DNA of 45,001 bases from Spirogloea muscicola (Eukaryota), in the NCBI GenBank assembly GCA_009602725.1, contig WELB01000027.1, positions 948,790 to 993,790 of the forward strand, given 5' to 3'. The position numbers and the translations under genes are program-made. The number at the start of each line of letters is the position of its first letter. Within the stretch, counting starts at the first letter, position 1. The notes under the pieces are model-generated. The model was given only the letters and a program-made list of their open reading frames with translations, was not told where the DNA came from and ran no database searches. Positions 1-12,855 of the stretch are shown piece after piece.

Positions 1-525
1 GGGGGGGGGGTGGTTTCCTTGGGTATGCTGTGCTGGTCTTGCCCGAGCTTGCTGCCGATTTGCTGCATATTGACCTTGACAGATAAGGAGGCGCACAAGG
101 ACATGCAGCGGAAACTCAAGGTGGAGAGAAGTGGGAAGGCATAGGTGGGTAAATGGCATGGGCGAGGTAGGCAAGGTCAAGGTGTCGGTGGTATCGAAGA
201 GTAGAGATGGGGCCCGGAGCACGAGGAGATGGTACATGAGAAGCGATGTACTGGCAAGCCAGATGGTGCAGCCATGGGGGAAAACGTGGGAGGGAAGGGC
301 TAGACTGTCATCTGAAAGCACTGGAGAGGGCGGAGTGGGCTGATGAGCAAATGTATCAAGCATTGTGTCAGTAAGGATGATAATAGATTGTGGAGGTCAG
401 ATGGAACTGATGAGCTGCGCCAAAGAAAATCATGTGCCCTGAAGTTGATATATTTGGTGAGTAGGCGGCACTACGGAGTTATGGCCTTCTTTGCACGAAC
501 TGAACAGGCTTGTCATACTTCACTT

Positions 526-681
526 CGACAAAGCTTTTTCCCTCTCATCTTTACCATCTTTACTTTCCCACTATTTTGTAATATTATTGGGATGATTCCT
601 CACAGTTTTACGCTTTCTAGTCATTTTATTGTAACCCTCGGTCTTTCCCTGTCCATCTTCATTGGAGTTACCGTAGTAGGT
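526..681 (+). pseudogene. atp6: Mitochondrial atp6 fragment (NUMT)
   Basis: Translates RQSFFPLIFTIFTFPLFCNIIGMIPHSFTLSSHFIVTLGLSLSIFIGVTVVG, matching the ATP synthase subunit a core motif (N.IGMIPYSFT.TSH). AT-rich and absent from arm B. Confidence 0.9.
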
Positions 682-966
682 CATCTAAGCGGAAAATCCT
701 TCTAGAAACAAGCTCTCAGAAACTAGTGACAAACTCTCACTTTGATAGGCGAGTAGTGAAAGCATGGCAATATGTGCAGCTTACCCGTACTAAATATACG
801 CTCTTCTGTTAGAATACCTATATCACCTATTCAGGTCTATATGATAACGTTTTAAGATTCCAAACTCAGAAATTGAGAAGTAGATGGCGCGATTGGCTCG
901 ATAGCACGATGGCTTGATGGCGCGATGGCGCGCTTCGAACATCATATTAGGATGATGACCTTTTTG

Positions 967-1167
967 TCCACCCCACCAATAGATAGAAACAAGTAAGAGC
1001 AGCTAAACCACATCTACAAAATGCCAGAACCAAGCTGCTGCTTCTTAACCAAAATGATGTTTCTTGGTAAAGCGACCCATATATTGGCGCAAACAACATA
1101 TGGTTAAAAGAATTGTGCCTATGATAACGTGAAAGCCTGTAGCTTAAGAAATGTAGAGCCATAAATA
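967..1167 (-). pseudogene. cox3: Mitochondrial cox3 C-terminal fragment (NUMT) with stops and a frameshift
   Basis: Minus strand reads [64 protein letters not shown], the COX3 C-terminus. It has two stops and lacks one GFH repeat. Confidence 0.92.
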
Positions 1168-1584
1168 CATAACAGGGTAAAGATTGTAATACTACTGCAG
1201 TGTCGAAAGTGCTCAGGAGGCTTGGGTCGTCACTAGGTGCCGAGGGCGGATGAGCAAGACAACGCACAAGACATGGGTGACGGCTGGTACAGATGGAAAG
1301 GGCGGTGATGGAAGCCGGGGACCTTTGCGGGAGACAGGACGCACAGATATCGAACAAGCAGACATATTTATGTGTAACATTGTGCCCTGCGAAGTATGGG
1401 CTGGCCTCTCATAGCCATCATCTTACATTGCACAGCCTGTTTCTCTTTTTCTCTGTATACACTTGGCTCGCGTTCACAGCCGCCCTTGACATCAGCAGCC
1501 GCGCTCTCTTCTTGATCTGCGTACATTCGCTCAATCGCTGGAGGGCCAGGAGCGCAGAAATGAAGGATAGGACAATGGATGATA

Positions 1585-2545
1585 CACTCTTCCAACAGAG
1601 GGCGACGGCTGTGATTGGCCAGCCCAGAAAGAATATGGAACTCCAAAGCGGCCGGAGAGGGCGGGCCAGGGGACCAAGTGAATGTGAACCAAGCTCCTAA
1701 GAGAGAGACACTCCTCCGTCGTTCTTGCGACGTCGAGTTTCGGCCTGTTTGCAGCGAGCTCAGGCTAATGCCTTGCATCAGAAAGCTGGGCGAGCTCTAG
1801 TTGGTGACAGAAGGGCTTCGTACCTGACATCTAGTATTCATGCATCGGTTAGCGACCTTTATGTTTTGACCCGTGGATTTTGAGCGGGTCAACCTGCTGT
1901 AGGTTATGTAGATATTTAGATGTGCTTGCTTGCCTTTGTACTTGGCCATTGGCCTATGTTTGTTTCAAATACACGAAATTTTCTCCTCCGGTAGAGGGCG
2001 ATGGCTGTGATTGGCCAGCCCAGAAAAAGGAAATGAACGAAGTTCTAAGGGGCCAGAAAGCGCCAAAGCACACTCAGATTACTCTTCCAGTAGAGGGCGA
2101 TGGCTGTAAGTGGCCAGCCCAGAGCAGAAAATTGAATGAACGAAGTTCGAAAAGGCCGCATACAGCGACAAACTGGCCACTGGGTGCTCATACTCCCTGT
2201 TGAGCAGCCACAGGTCGGAGCACGTAGTCTCTGGGGAGCGGGTCCCCTGGCTATAGCGAGAGGCTGCAGCCAAAGCGCGACGGGCACGCCGATGGAACGC
2301 GCGTGCCATTAAACGCTGCAGCGGTACTGACAAGCGCATGCGATACACCTGGGCGAGCGAGCCTGCCGCTTTGAATGCGGCCTGCTCCCCGTGGTGACAT
2401 CGGGACACAGCAGTCCACGACTAAATCTGACCGAGTGGCCACTGGGTGGTCAATATCCCCGGTTGAGCAGCCGCAGCTCAGAGAAAGTAGTGTCCGAGTA
2501 GCGGGTGCCTCTCTATAGCCAGAAGCTGCAGAGGGCAAGCAGCTC
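1585..2545 (-). mobile_element. Old stack of CRE-like non-LTR retrotransposon 3' fragments (ORF end plus repeated 3' UTR units)
   Basis: 2185-2385 encodes AAGSLAQVYRMRLSVPLQRLMARAFHRRARRALAAAS..SDLWLLNREY. A second ORF end lies at ~2450-2545. The unit ctcttccagtagagggcgatggctgtgattggccagcccaga recurs at ~1588, ~1985 and ~2083. Mirrored at 34510-35190. Confidence 0.65.
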
Positions 2546-3045
2546 TTCCAATTTACGGCAGTGGCTGTAAGAGGCAGCTCAATAGACATTACAGGTCTGA
2601 GATGGGCTGGATGGCGTAAGAAGCAGGATACTGTTGTCAAAGACGTGAGCAAGAGGCGCTCAATAACCTCTAATTAGCAAGTGCAACCGAGACTAACTGG
2701 AGGGTGGAAAAGCGTCGCCCCTGGCGGAACCGGGAGCGAGAGTTGGAAAAGCGAGACCGAGTGCGGAAGGCAGGCACAGGCACGGGTGAAAGCCGCTTAG
2801 CGCCTCCTCTGGCCCCTTGGAACTGTGTTCTCTGGGCTGGCCAATCGCAGCCATGGCGCTCGGCTGGCAGAGTCGTTCCGCGAAGGCGCGTGCTGCGATG
2901 CCGCTGGCCGGCCAGGTGAGGCGCAGGCCGGGCCGAGGCCCAGCTTTCCACGCGCGGGGGGCGCCGGCCGCCAGGGGGGCGGCGCCTGCTGAGGGGCGGC
3001 GGGGCGCCGGGCGCGCCGCCGCCCCTTCTTGGGGGGGGGAAAAAG

Positions 3046-3135
3046 GCTTCCTCTGGCCCCCTTCTCGTTCTTTATTCATTCTTATTTGGGCTGGCTTGTC
3101 CAGCCCCTATCCTCAATGGGCGAGCCCTTTCTTCT
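3046..3135 (+). mobile_element. Family-1 retrotransposon 3' UTR fragment upstream of RAMP4 copy A
   Basis: Near-identical to 37524-37590 plus 37787-37804 (…gggctggcttgtccagcccctatcctcaatgggcgagccctttcttctt). Absent at the equivalent site in arm B. Confidence 0.75.
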
Positions 3136-3295
3136 TGACAAAGGAGAAGATGAATGAGTGAGGAGAGCCACCACTTGTCTGCCTGCGCCCCGGCTTTCCT
3201 CGTCACAGCCCACCTACACCTACTCTGTACTNCCCCGCGGCACTCCCCGCAGCCAGCGCCTCACCCCGCCTGCCGCGCGTGCTGTGCCCGTGCAG

Positions 3296-3691
3296 ACGAC
3301 CTCGAAGCGCCTCGCGGACCGCAAGACCGCCAAGTTCCACAAGAACGTGTTCCGGCGGGGCGCCGTGCCGGAGACTATGCAGAAGAAGGAGACCAAGTAC
3401 CCGGTGGCGCCCTGGGTCATTGGCCTCTTCGTCTTCGTCGTCGTCGGCTCTGGTACGCCCTGCCCTCACCGCCTCTCCCACACGGCACCCGTCCTCGTCC
3501 TCTCTTTCCCTCCCTTGCCGCTGGCCCCTGGCTGCCCTTGCTGGTAAGCGTCTTGCCGATGTTCTTTTACTTCAGTCTACGGTTGTCACTTGTTGGCTTA
3601 GGGCCTGGGCCTGACCAGTATACGTCTGTTCTGTTCTTTGTCAGCTCTGGTGCAGATCATCCGGACGGCTCAGGCCCCTGTTGTGGGTTAG
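3296..3691 (+). CDS. RAMP4: RAMP4/SERP1 stress-associated ER protein, copy A (exons 3296-3452, 3645-3691; the ATG exon is lost at the N at 3232)
   Basis: TTSKRLADRKTAKFHKNVFRRGAVPETMQKKETKYPVAPWVIGLFVFVVVGSALVQIIRTAQAPVVG*, with canonical splice sites. Exon sizes equal those of copy B. Confidence 0.92.
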
Positions 3692-5315
3692 CTTGCTTAC
3701 GAGCAATGCGGGTGCAGATACGCCAATCTTGCTAATGTCAGTAGACAATAGGAGAAGCTCCTGAGGGGCTGCTCGTGTGCTAAATTCGATAGACCGTCGG
3801 AGAAGCTCCGGTGTACTGCCCGTATGGACTGGAGCATAGGTTTCTAGCTACAGAGCTCTGCAGTCAGCTGAGGGCACAGCATTAGCCCCTGGACACAAAC
3901 CTCTCCTATTTGACGAGGCGACTGTGGCATTTCACAGGTGTGTCCGTAAGTTGTTGTATGTTACATGCAATATTGGTCCTGCAAAGTCCATGATTGCAAC
4001 TTTTATCACTGTAACTATCTTGCAATACAGGAGGTATTGCAGTTGCTTCGAGGACGTCATTTGTATCTACAATCTTGCTGCATCTAAACAGTGACGATGT
4101 GCAAGGAGGTTCAGGTTGACAACGGTTTGAGAAATTAGGGTTTTGAGCAGTCGAAGTCCAGCACTGACCTGCCAGAGTAGCAACCTCAATCAGGAACACG
4201 CAAAGTTGTTGCAAGACAGGCCAAGTTGAATGCTCTGATGGTGATATGATTGTTGTGATGGCTATCTCGATTGTGCAAGCAAGCAAGGTGGTTAGGGTTG
4301 CACGTGTACTAATCTGACCAGCAGAAAAGCCCAACAAAATTGCATTTATGACTTGCAAGCATGTTTGACCTCTTTCCAATGGCAGAGCACAGCCAACATA
4401 GGGGTGACTGATCAGATCTTATATCTGTTAAATGTGATCTATTACTTGGTTGAAGTCTCCTGCTCAGTCAATGACTGCCCTTAGCTCTAAGGCCAATTCT
4501 GGTGGTACCCACAGTACCATCTTGCACATTCGACAATCCAAATAACATGCATTTGACATTTGAGCAAAGACATGTGGCATGACACGAAACAATTAGTAGC
4601 GGCAGCTTTAGCCTGTCGCTCTTGACTCGGAAACCAATACTCTTCATGACTGATCACCTCAAGGATGCGCCGCCCAACATAACCACGTCACATAAGCCCC
4701 TCTCACCTGTTGCTTTCATTGGCCAATGTGAAGTTGGTGCTAATAATGTCGTAAGGCAGAGGAACATACAGGCTACAGCTCTTGCAGCAGAGCAACCTCG
4801 TATGTTACCCTAGTAATCTCCTGTGCACAACTCCTTGAGGTTCTGGTCCTGCTAGCTGGGGAAGGTAGGTCAGACTTCAAGCGCAGCATGTGACTGCTGT
4901 GACCCTGCCTAGTGACTTGCAAAGCCCTGCTGCAGCATCTACACTGAGAAGGATAGGCATTTCAAACGAGATGGGATTGAAGAAGAGCCCCTGCATTTAT
5001 GCACCACCATGTGGCCATCATCTGGAGTGTTACTTGTGACCGAGAAAGTACAACTCAATGAGGTCCCATCTACATATAGTGCTGATCCGCATGTGCTGCG
5101 CACAACACATCCAACTCAGCCACACATTGACTTTGGCATTCCCTGTACATCACAGCCCGGACGTCCATTGCTCACATATTACTGCCGATTTTCAACACTC
5201 GCCTGACATAGATCCCTCTGTAAAAGAAGATGCGAAAACTGGCTCGTCCAGCAACCACTCAAAAGCCAACCAGCTTGTATCTCAACAGACAAACTGCGAA
5301 TCCGTCTGCACGTCC

Positions 5316-8300
5316 TTAGAACGGCATAAGGCTGTGGTCAGTCCTCACCTTGGTTTGCTCTGTGCTGTAAGACGCTTCCAGCTTCTTAACCTTGTGTTGG
5401 ATTGTTGCACCAAAACAAATTGCTGCATGCATATTCCTGCTTGTGAGTATTCCTGCTTGTGAGCTGCTCGTCAAGCCTTCAGGGCACTGCAGCTCCAATG
5501 CATCAAGGAAATTGTCCTGCATGACTTGCAGCTTTGGCGAGTGCTCCACTTCGAAATTTGATTCATAGACTCAGTAAGACTTTGCGCATCTCCTGTATGC
5601 AAGATCAGCAACTTCAGTGTGAGATTCAGCGATCAGCCTGTGGCCGCTTGGCACCCCAAACACTGTGCAGTTGAATGTTATCCATCGAGCTAGAGGAACT
5701 TCATTGACCAGCAAGTCTAAGAAAACATTAAAAGTACAAGCATTGTTTGCTGGTAAGTAAGCTGAACGCTTGCAGAATGCCATTCCTAAGGGGAGTCTTG
5801 TACGTGACTGGGCTTGCAAATAAACAGAGAAAGGCACTTGACCTTGAGATCATCTTCCTCCCATGGCTGATGTTGCTCGTGTTGCCCTAGCACGCGCAAA
5901 GTCTGCCTTCGTGTCGAAGTGGTTTCACTACTCCAAGACGTGCTCAAGGCCACTTTCTCGACATAAGATTGTACCACTGGCTCTGCTCTGGCACATACTT
6001 CGGCTGTTGATGCAAGGACTGTGGATATGGTTGATCATTGGAGCCTCATATCATTGATTGCTCCTCTCAGAGGTGCATGGGATGTTAGTATGCTGATCCC
6101 AATCTGGCAACCAGGTGTAGCCCATCCCTTTCTATAGCCACAGTTCAGGTGATAGGGGAGGCAGGGAACTTTGGTTGCGGATGCACAGCAGATGCATACA
6201 TGCACCTCACTGAAGTTACCCCTTGCTTGCTACCCCCTGGAAATTCGCGGACTGCATGTTGCAGCCTGCCGTTGCTTGCTCGAGCTCCAAATGTATCATT
6301 CCAGAAAGCAAGGCTGCAACCAGAGATAGAATACATGATGTTGTTGTCTTGCAATCATGTGGTTGGCTTGTACGATCATCATCATGAGATCTTCATCATT
6401 CAGGGCAAGAAGAAAAGACGCTACCTGTGATTGGATATTCTTTTGTCCTTGTGTAGTATAGCAGCTGTGAGCAGAGGTGCTAGTGCTTGAAGAAGCAAGC
6501 AGTCATATGCCAGTTGAGGTTTGCATCGTTGAAGGCAGGAGAAAAGTGCACTCAGCAGTACATCTAGCTGCAGCAGGGTTTGATTGCAACCCAGTCTCAT
6601 AGCTTGGATGTCAGAGGAAAGCCATCTCGTAATTGAGCTCCCAGTGGACTGCAAGAAAGCCAGTGATTCATGAAACAAATAGGAAACAAATATGAAACAA
6701 ATATAGGTGTCTGCACTGTCTAAGTACAAATGTACATGTACACTGATTCGGTCTAGAATCTGTCTAGACACTTGTTCACAGTCCCAAGTACTTGAATCTT
6801 CCACTACCCCTTTCTGGTTACAAAACAAGGTTGTGCTGACAGGACAGTCACCTTGAGGAATATCAATGCGTCATTTTGTGTCAAGATGCGATTGCTAAGG
6901 GGAGCCAAGGGTGCCATGACTCTGAAGTGAGAAATGACACAGGTAAGTGTTAGCCGAAAATCAACAGCCAGCATCCAGATCATCAAGCTTCCTACTTGGT
7001 CAAAGTGTGCCAAGCAGCTCAGCAGAAGGTGAACATTCTTCCTCAAACTGCACCTTGTCACAATTTGCATGAGCGGAACTTGCACATCTGACTTGCTGGT
7101 TCTGCACAGGTGGCAGAGAGAATCTAAAAGTCTGCACGACACAAAACTAGTGAGTGATTGCCACAGTAAATCCTCTCAGCACAGCAAGGGGAGTGATGAT
7201 GAGGCAGGGTCAAGCAGCGTAGAGCACTGCAGGAGCAACCCAATGACGAGGAACGACTAGTCAATTTGATTGGCGCAGACTAGTGGGTCTCCATTGCAGA
7301 TTGAAAATGGGAACTGGGCTTCAGTCAGGAATGCCTGCCAGTGTGAAAATGAATGTCCTTACCTTCCAGCAATATGTAAGTGGCCGGAGATGTAGTTGAA
7401 GTCCTTCATGTCATCTCCTATTTCCTTGCTGCAATGTCTGATCAAAGGTGGGCCAGAAGCTTGCCCCAACAGACTACCAGTCATCTGGCGCCGCTTCCTA
7501 CTCCGTTTCAGATGTTGTTGTGTTGGACTTATACACAGGTCTATTTCTGCTGCAATATGTGCAACGATTTCTGCCAGCAGATATATGAATGAAGGGCTGG
7601 GTGACTTGTCTGACGGGCATCCCACAAAGTTGAGCTCAGATAATCTGTAAGATAGGAACCCGATGAAAGTATTGGGGTGAGAGCCAATTGTAAGTGCCAC
7701 CTGATTGACAATGATGAAGAGTTTGTTCCAGGATAAGCTGATTGCTAAGATCTGGTCTGGGAGCTCGAGGCTTGAGCAGATCCTCGCACCATCACCCCGG
7801 CACATCAACATGGGGTGAAGTAGGAAGTCCGTCAAGGCCTGCCAAGTAAGTCTAGGCTGACCACTGCACATTGCTTGGTCATTCTCCTCTTCTATTCCCC
7901 TGCACAGGTGCTCGGCTAGGACCTCCCATACTCCCAGAAGGAGGCTCTGCCGCAAGCGGCAGGCCTCAGTGCAATGCAGCTGCCTGCCACTTGCATCAAA
8001 GAGGCAGCTTTTGTCAGCAAGAAGATGGCGACAGCAACCAACTCTTCCGCCCTGCTGCCTGCTGTAGGCACCAAGAATGTGAAGAGCATCATGAAGCCGT
8101 AAAGTGCACACAGCGAGGAGCTCCTCGAGCTTCTTCAAATGCCTGTCCACGTGTCTCTGGCTCATTGGCGTGCTGAATGCAAGTCTTGACCACAATGTGC
8201 AGATGTATGCAGTGGGTGCAAGGTCAACTTCCGCTATGTGGCAACCCTGCAAGATATCTTGGATGTCACTCGCCGGACTTGGGGCTCTCTTCACCATATT

Positions 8301-11300
8301 TGCTGCACTTGATCTATCCAGCAGTACATCACCATTATTGTCGACTGTATTTGCTGTTTTAATATTGTAGAGACTGGAGGCCAAAGTGAGCGGCTGCACG
8401 CTTTCTAACAGGACTCTGGCCAGTTGCCAGGCCAAGTCAATGTCTTTCTCGATGCCTCCACCATCTGCTTCCAGGACAAGGCTAGTAGCTACCTCTTGCA
8501 TATTCTTCTTAACGATGGCTAATCGCCTTCTGGTGAACCTGCACCTCGTAGGGAAAGAAGAGATGCGCAATTTTGACATGTGTAAGTAAACAAGTCACAT
8601 AAGAACACCGGCACCGACCACCTCATTGCACTATCTCTGTCAGTCAGCCGCTTGCTCATCAGGATTAGTCTGCGCACTGTACCTTATCAGAGTATGCACG
8701 GCTGCCACGTGCTCTGTTGAAGGTTGGACCGCTCCACCATAAAAGCCCTCCACACATCTTACAACCTTTGTCCAAAGTAGTACTATGGACAAATAGCAGG
8801 GAGGGAGATCACCGTGGCACAAGGTACTTGATGAGCTCTCTGGCTCCATGGTACTATTTGACTTGATTGAGCTTGCTGTGCTGCTGTGCACTTTATTGAT
8901 TGAGAGTTTATGTAGCATGAGCTTATTAACGAGGTTGAGAGTTGCATCCAAGTCAAGTAGGGTCCAGGGCTTCCACTTGAAGGGCCATGGCTGCAAAGGA
9001 AGAGATGTGACTGGCCTACTCTTGCCCAAGAATCGCCACCAGATCCTGCAAGGGTCATGCGCTGTACTGCCTGCTCGATCACAAGAAGGGACCATGTAAG
9101 CAACTATCTGCTACAGCTATTTGCATGGGAAGAAGCAATGGACATTGCATACGACTTGATATATTGCACAAGTGAAAGTCTGATGTGATTCCAGCAACAC
9201 AAGAAAGGTTTGTCACTACTACCACCCACCAGCTTCTGACAAAAGCGTCATGGAGTGCCAAAACAGAATGCACGAGAATGCCCATAGGCTGCTGCCTACC
9301 GCTCGTGGCCCCTTCTCAAATATCTGGCGGGTACATGGCGAACATGAAGCGACTTGACACAGCTGTGTCTTCTTATCTACCTCCACTTGTCATGGCTATT
9401 CCATTGTCAATCTGGCATGCAATCACTACAGGGCAGTGCATGCAGGTGCAGCTAACTCAGACCACGTCTAGGATGTTAACAACAATCAAAGAGGTACTGC
9501 AGGGCGCAGCTGCCTGTTTTTGCTGCCTGACAAGCCCAGGTCAAGGATGTAAGCGAAGAGGCCTACCAGGTCCAGCATAGGCAGGACAGCAGTGCTGAAA
9601 AGAGGTGCAGTTGAATCGGCCCAGCGACTAAGCCTGTGCATGAGGAGCACCCAGAGCTGGACGCAGGAGCTTCTGATAAGCTCAACCTTTTCACAACTCA
9701 TGATGCTTAACAGCGGCCTCACAAGGAGTGCAACCCGCTTCTTAGAAGGAACGTTGCAGCTTGAAATGTGAATCCATCCCGCCTCATTAGCAGTTAATAC
9801 AGTTCCTGAGCTGACAGCTATGGCATTTGGGGCGCTGATGGATTCAGCAGGGAGCAGGCTGGTGATGAGGGCCTTCCAAGCCACCTGAAACCATGAAGAT
9901 GGACATGTCTTATCAGGTCATGCAAGAGCGTTGGGTGATTGAAGCAAGGAGGCACATTGACAGCCCTGCTTCTTACCTGCAAAGTGGCATGGCGCACTTC
10001 GGCTGAAGCTGCTGCAAATGAGATTTCTGGTAGCTTCAGAAAGTTGTTGATCAACATACGTTTGTCTGTCAGCAATCCTCCAGATAACTGCACAAGCCAG
10101 GCCCAGCCGTGCAGACTTGGAATAATTGCATCAAATCTGGCCACGTGCACAAGGGTGTCACTCAACCTCCTTCGAACTACGTCTTCCACCACTGCCTGCA
10201 GGAGCAGCAAGCATGTCAGCTGGTGGGCGCTGGACTTAAATCAAATAAGATACACAGATCTCTTAGCAAGCAGCCCATTGAGTAGCTGACTCTCATGCAT
10301 GCCTAAGTGAATTGTTCGATAAACTGACATCATGGAGTGAATTCGCAAGCATGTGTTTCCGAGTACAATCTCTTGCCCACTTTCACAGATTGTACTCGCC
10401 CAGCACGAGGTAATTTCCGTGGTCTGCAGACCTGGGAGAGCGCAGCACTTGCAGGAAGCAGGAGATGGCGTGTCCTGCGAAGAACTTTCGCAGCTTGCTC
10501 TCTCCACTTTTTCTTGTCGTGTAGAAGCCTTCGGACCAGTGCAGGCACCCAAAGGCAGCTGATATTTTTCATGTCCTCCCTCTCCTGGACTGCCAGAGCA
10601 TCTATGGCCTGCAATGGACGGTAGTGGTGGTACAGGATAGATGTAAGTCATAAGCTGTTTGCCACTACGGTTTTGCATGACCAGCTGCACAGAGGAAGCC
10701 AGAGAGCTGCAAGTTCTTTGAGACATTTGCAAGGCCGCGAGGATGATGCTGCACCTTCATGGCCTCGAATGAAAGTGCACCTGACCCCTGGGGGTCATCA
10801 AGGATTTGCACACTGGTTGCCACTAGCTGCTGCAGTAATGGTCTGACAGCAGCGCTTGGCAGTCTTTGGTGAGACATGAGCCATAGGCCCAACAAGCGGC
10901 AATTCTGCATACAACATAGCCCAAGAAGATGTGCAGCTTTGAGAAACTGACTGCAAGGGCATGATACCACGTACTATAAGTGTATATAATCCTAGTAGGA
11001 GCAACAAGAGGCGTACTCGTAATATCATCGAAGAGCACAAGAGAGAGCTTTTGTGTAATGACTGACTGGTGCCGCGCTTGAATTGATGGTGCCGGCAACC
11101 GTTGTCAATATAGTTTGAGCAACCTCCACTGGTCACAAGCAATGGCAAGGTATCAGCTCACTTGTAGCTATGTTTGGGCTGCCACTGCTGCTGCTGCTCT
11201 ATTTTTGTCATCTTCAGTGTTCGGCCCTTCAGGTAGTACAGGATCATCTTGTACTACCTGAGGAGCGTGACGTCACTTGTCCTGCGATCAGGTAGAGGCA

Positions 11301-12156
11301 GTTGAGCTGCAGCCAAGGGGGACCTCTGATTAAGCTTACCTGAGATTTTCTGAGCATAAGTCGAGCAGGAGACGAAGAAGCCCAAGGCTTTCATGGCGAC
11401 AGTGGAGCTGCACACGTATCAACAGATTGTCAAGTCGTCGCACACGCGAAGTATTGCCGGCAGGACTGGGGATCATGGCATCTACCCATTGTCTAGTAGA
11501 TGAGGAGGTGAGTGGGAGGTGAGGAGTGAGTGGGAAGCTGGACAGCCTGCTTGCTCATGCAGCATGAACAGATAGAACAGAAAAGTATGAATGGATCGGA
11601 AAAGAAGGCAGTAGTGCCAGTTGATAGGGAGCGTTGGTCAAGGAACACGCAGAGGTCATATTTTCACAACGCACAGGTCTCCATCTTGCAGATTGATGTC
11701 ACTGATCAAAGTCTTCAGCGCCCGCCAGAGCTCATCGGCCCCTTCGTCACAAGGGGCGCAAGCATCCCCGTTGCCACGCAGCCAAACCAGCAGCCTGGTA
11801 GTTCGGAGCATGGCTAGTGCTTGAGCTAGCGCACACTCTGCCGTGTTGCAGCTGCAACACGGCAAGGCACCTCAAAGCCCAACAGGATCGAGGCAAGCAT
11901 GATGCGGCAGGCATGAAGCAACTGCTATTCACATGGTCGTGTGAAAGGGATGAGGCTGTTCCGTGATCTCCAGGCCAACAGTGGAGAGGCTAGTGGACGA
12001 AACGGTAGGACAGCACCTGCAGTAGGCTTGAATTCTGCGAGCTCGTGGTCCAGCGGGGCCGCCTAGTTGCAGCAGCAGCCCGACGGCAGAGCTGGCTGGC
12101 GTGGGCGGTGATGGCGGAGAAGGGGCGGGTACAGCACCGCCGCCGGTGGCGGGCAT
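5316..12156 (-). CDS. RIF1: Telomere-associated/replication-timing protein RIF1 homologue, copy A, multi-exon (3' end approximate)
   Basis: Exons encode plant RIF1 HEAT-region motifs: KALGFFVSC, LWVPALVRRLL, HGWAWLVQL..LINNFLKLPEISF..VRHATL..AWKALI, KKRVALLVRPLL, FWNDTFG. ATG at 12156 lies in a CpG-rich island. I found no clear lesions. Confidence 0.8.
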
Positions 12157-12534
12157 GGCTGCGCGAGGGGTAGAGGGGAGGGGCCCAAGGGGGGGGGCGG
12201 GTTAAAGGCGAAGTTCGTATGGGCGGGCGCGGCGGGAAGGCGGCCCGACGGGCCGACGGCGCTACGCTACGGCCCGAAGGCCCGATGTGGCCCGATGTCT
12301 CGACGGCCCGACGGCCCATTGCCCGGTGGCCCAGCGGCCTTTTACCCGCCGGCACCGATGGCGCGGCCGCCGTGGCCACCTCCTGCGCATTTCAGACTTC
12401 CCATCGTCTCAGCCCCTCGTGGCGTAAGGCGGTTCGCTTCGTTTGCCTGAGCACTGTGTTGGCTAGAGTTTTGGCCACCCGCTCATTTCATTTCATTTCG
12501 CACTGCGCGCCCTTCTCTCTCTTCACTTTCCAGC

Positions 12535-12625
12535 CCCTAGCCTTTGGCTCCGTCACGAACACCTGTATGCATCTGGCTGGCATTTCACAGCCGATTCTTT
12601 CATATCAGCAGCCGCTTTCTCTTTG
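12535..12625 (+). mobile_element. Family-2 retrotransposon 3' UTR fragment in the RIF1/DUF4346 divergent promoter (arm A)
   Basis: ctagcctttggctccgtcacgaacacctgtatgcatctggctggcatttcacagccgattctttcatatcagcagccgctttc also occurs at ~20875, ~23475 (rc), ~37965 and ~44765 (rc). Confidence 0.8.
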
Positions 12626-12855
12626 CCGCGCGCCTTCTCTCTTTGCCACGTCCCACCGCGTCCACCACCGCCACTCGGCCCCCCGCCGAACCCCGGAAAG
12701 GTTGCAAGTACCCGCCCGCCTCCCACCCCCCCCTCCTCAGTGCAGCCTCCTCGCCCGGGCGCTGTTTCCCCCGCTTCCTCACCGGTGTGGGACGCAGGCG
12801 CAGGCCCGACGGGTGCCACGGTGTGCGGGCAAGTGGGCTCCCCGGTGCCCGTCAC

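Noticed and set aside
343..705. 120-aa ORF as a functional nuclear ATP6 gene
   Set aside because: Only an internal atp6 fragment fused by chance to flanking DNA. It is absent from arm B.
967..1167. TAA/TAG in cox3 as evidence of an alternative genetic code
   Set aside because: They accompany a frameshift and a deletion in a nuclear fragment, so ordinary decay explains them.
1585..2125. ~40-bp direct repeats resembling a CRISPR array or CCAAT-box cluster
   Set aside because: Spacing is irregular, copies are degenerate, the context is eukaryotic and there are no cas genes. The unit matches the retroelement 3' UTR hairpin.
8630..8642. Apparent premature stops in RIF1 copy A
   Set aside because: They fall in an intron or out of frame once the 15-nt micro-exon or flanking splice sites are used.
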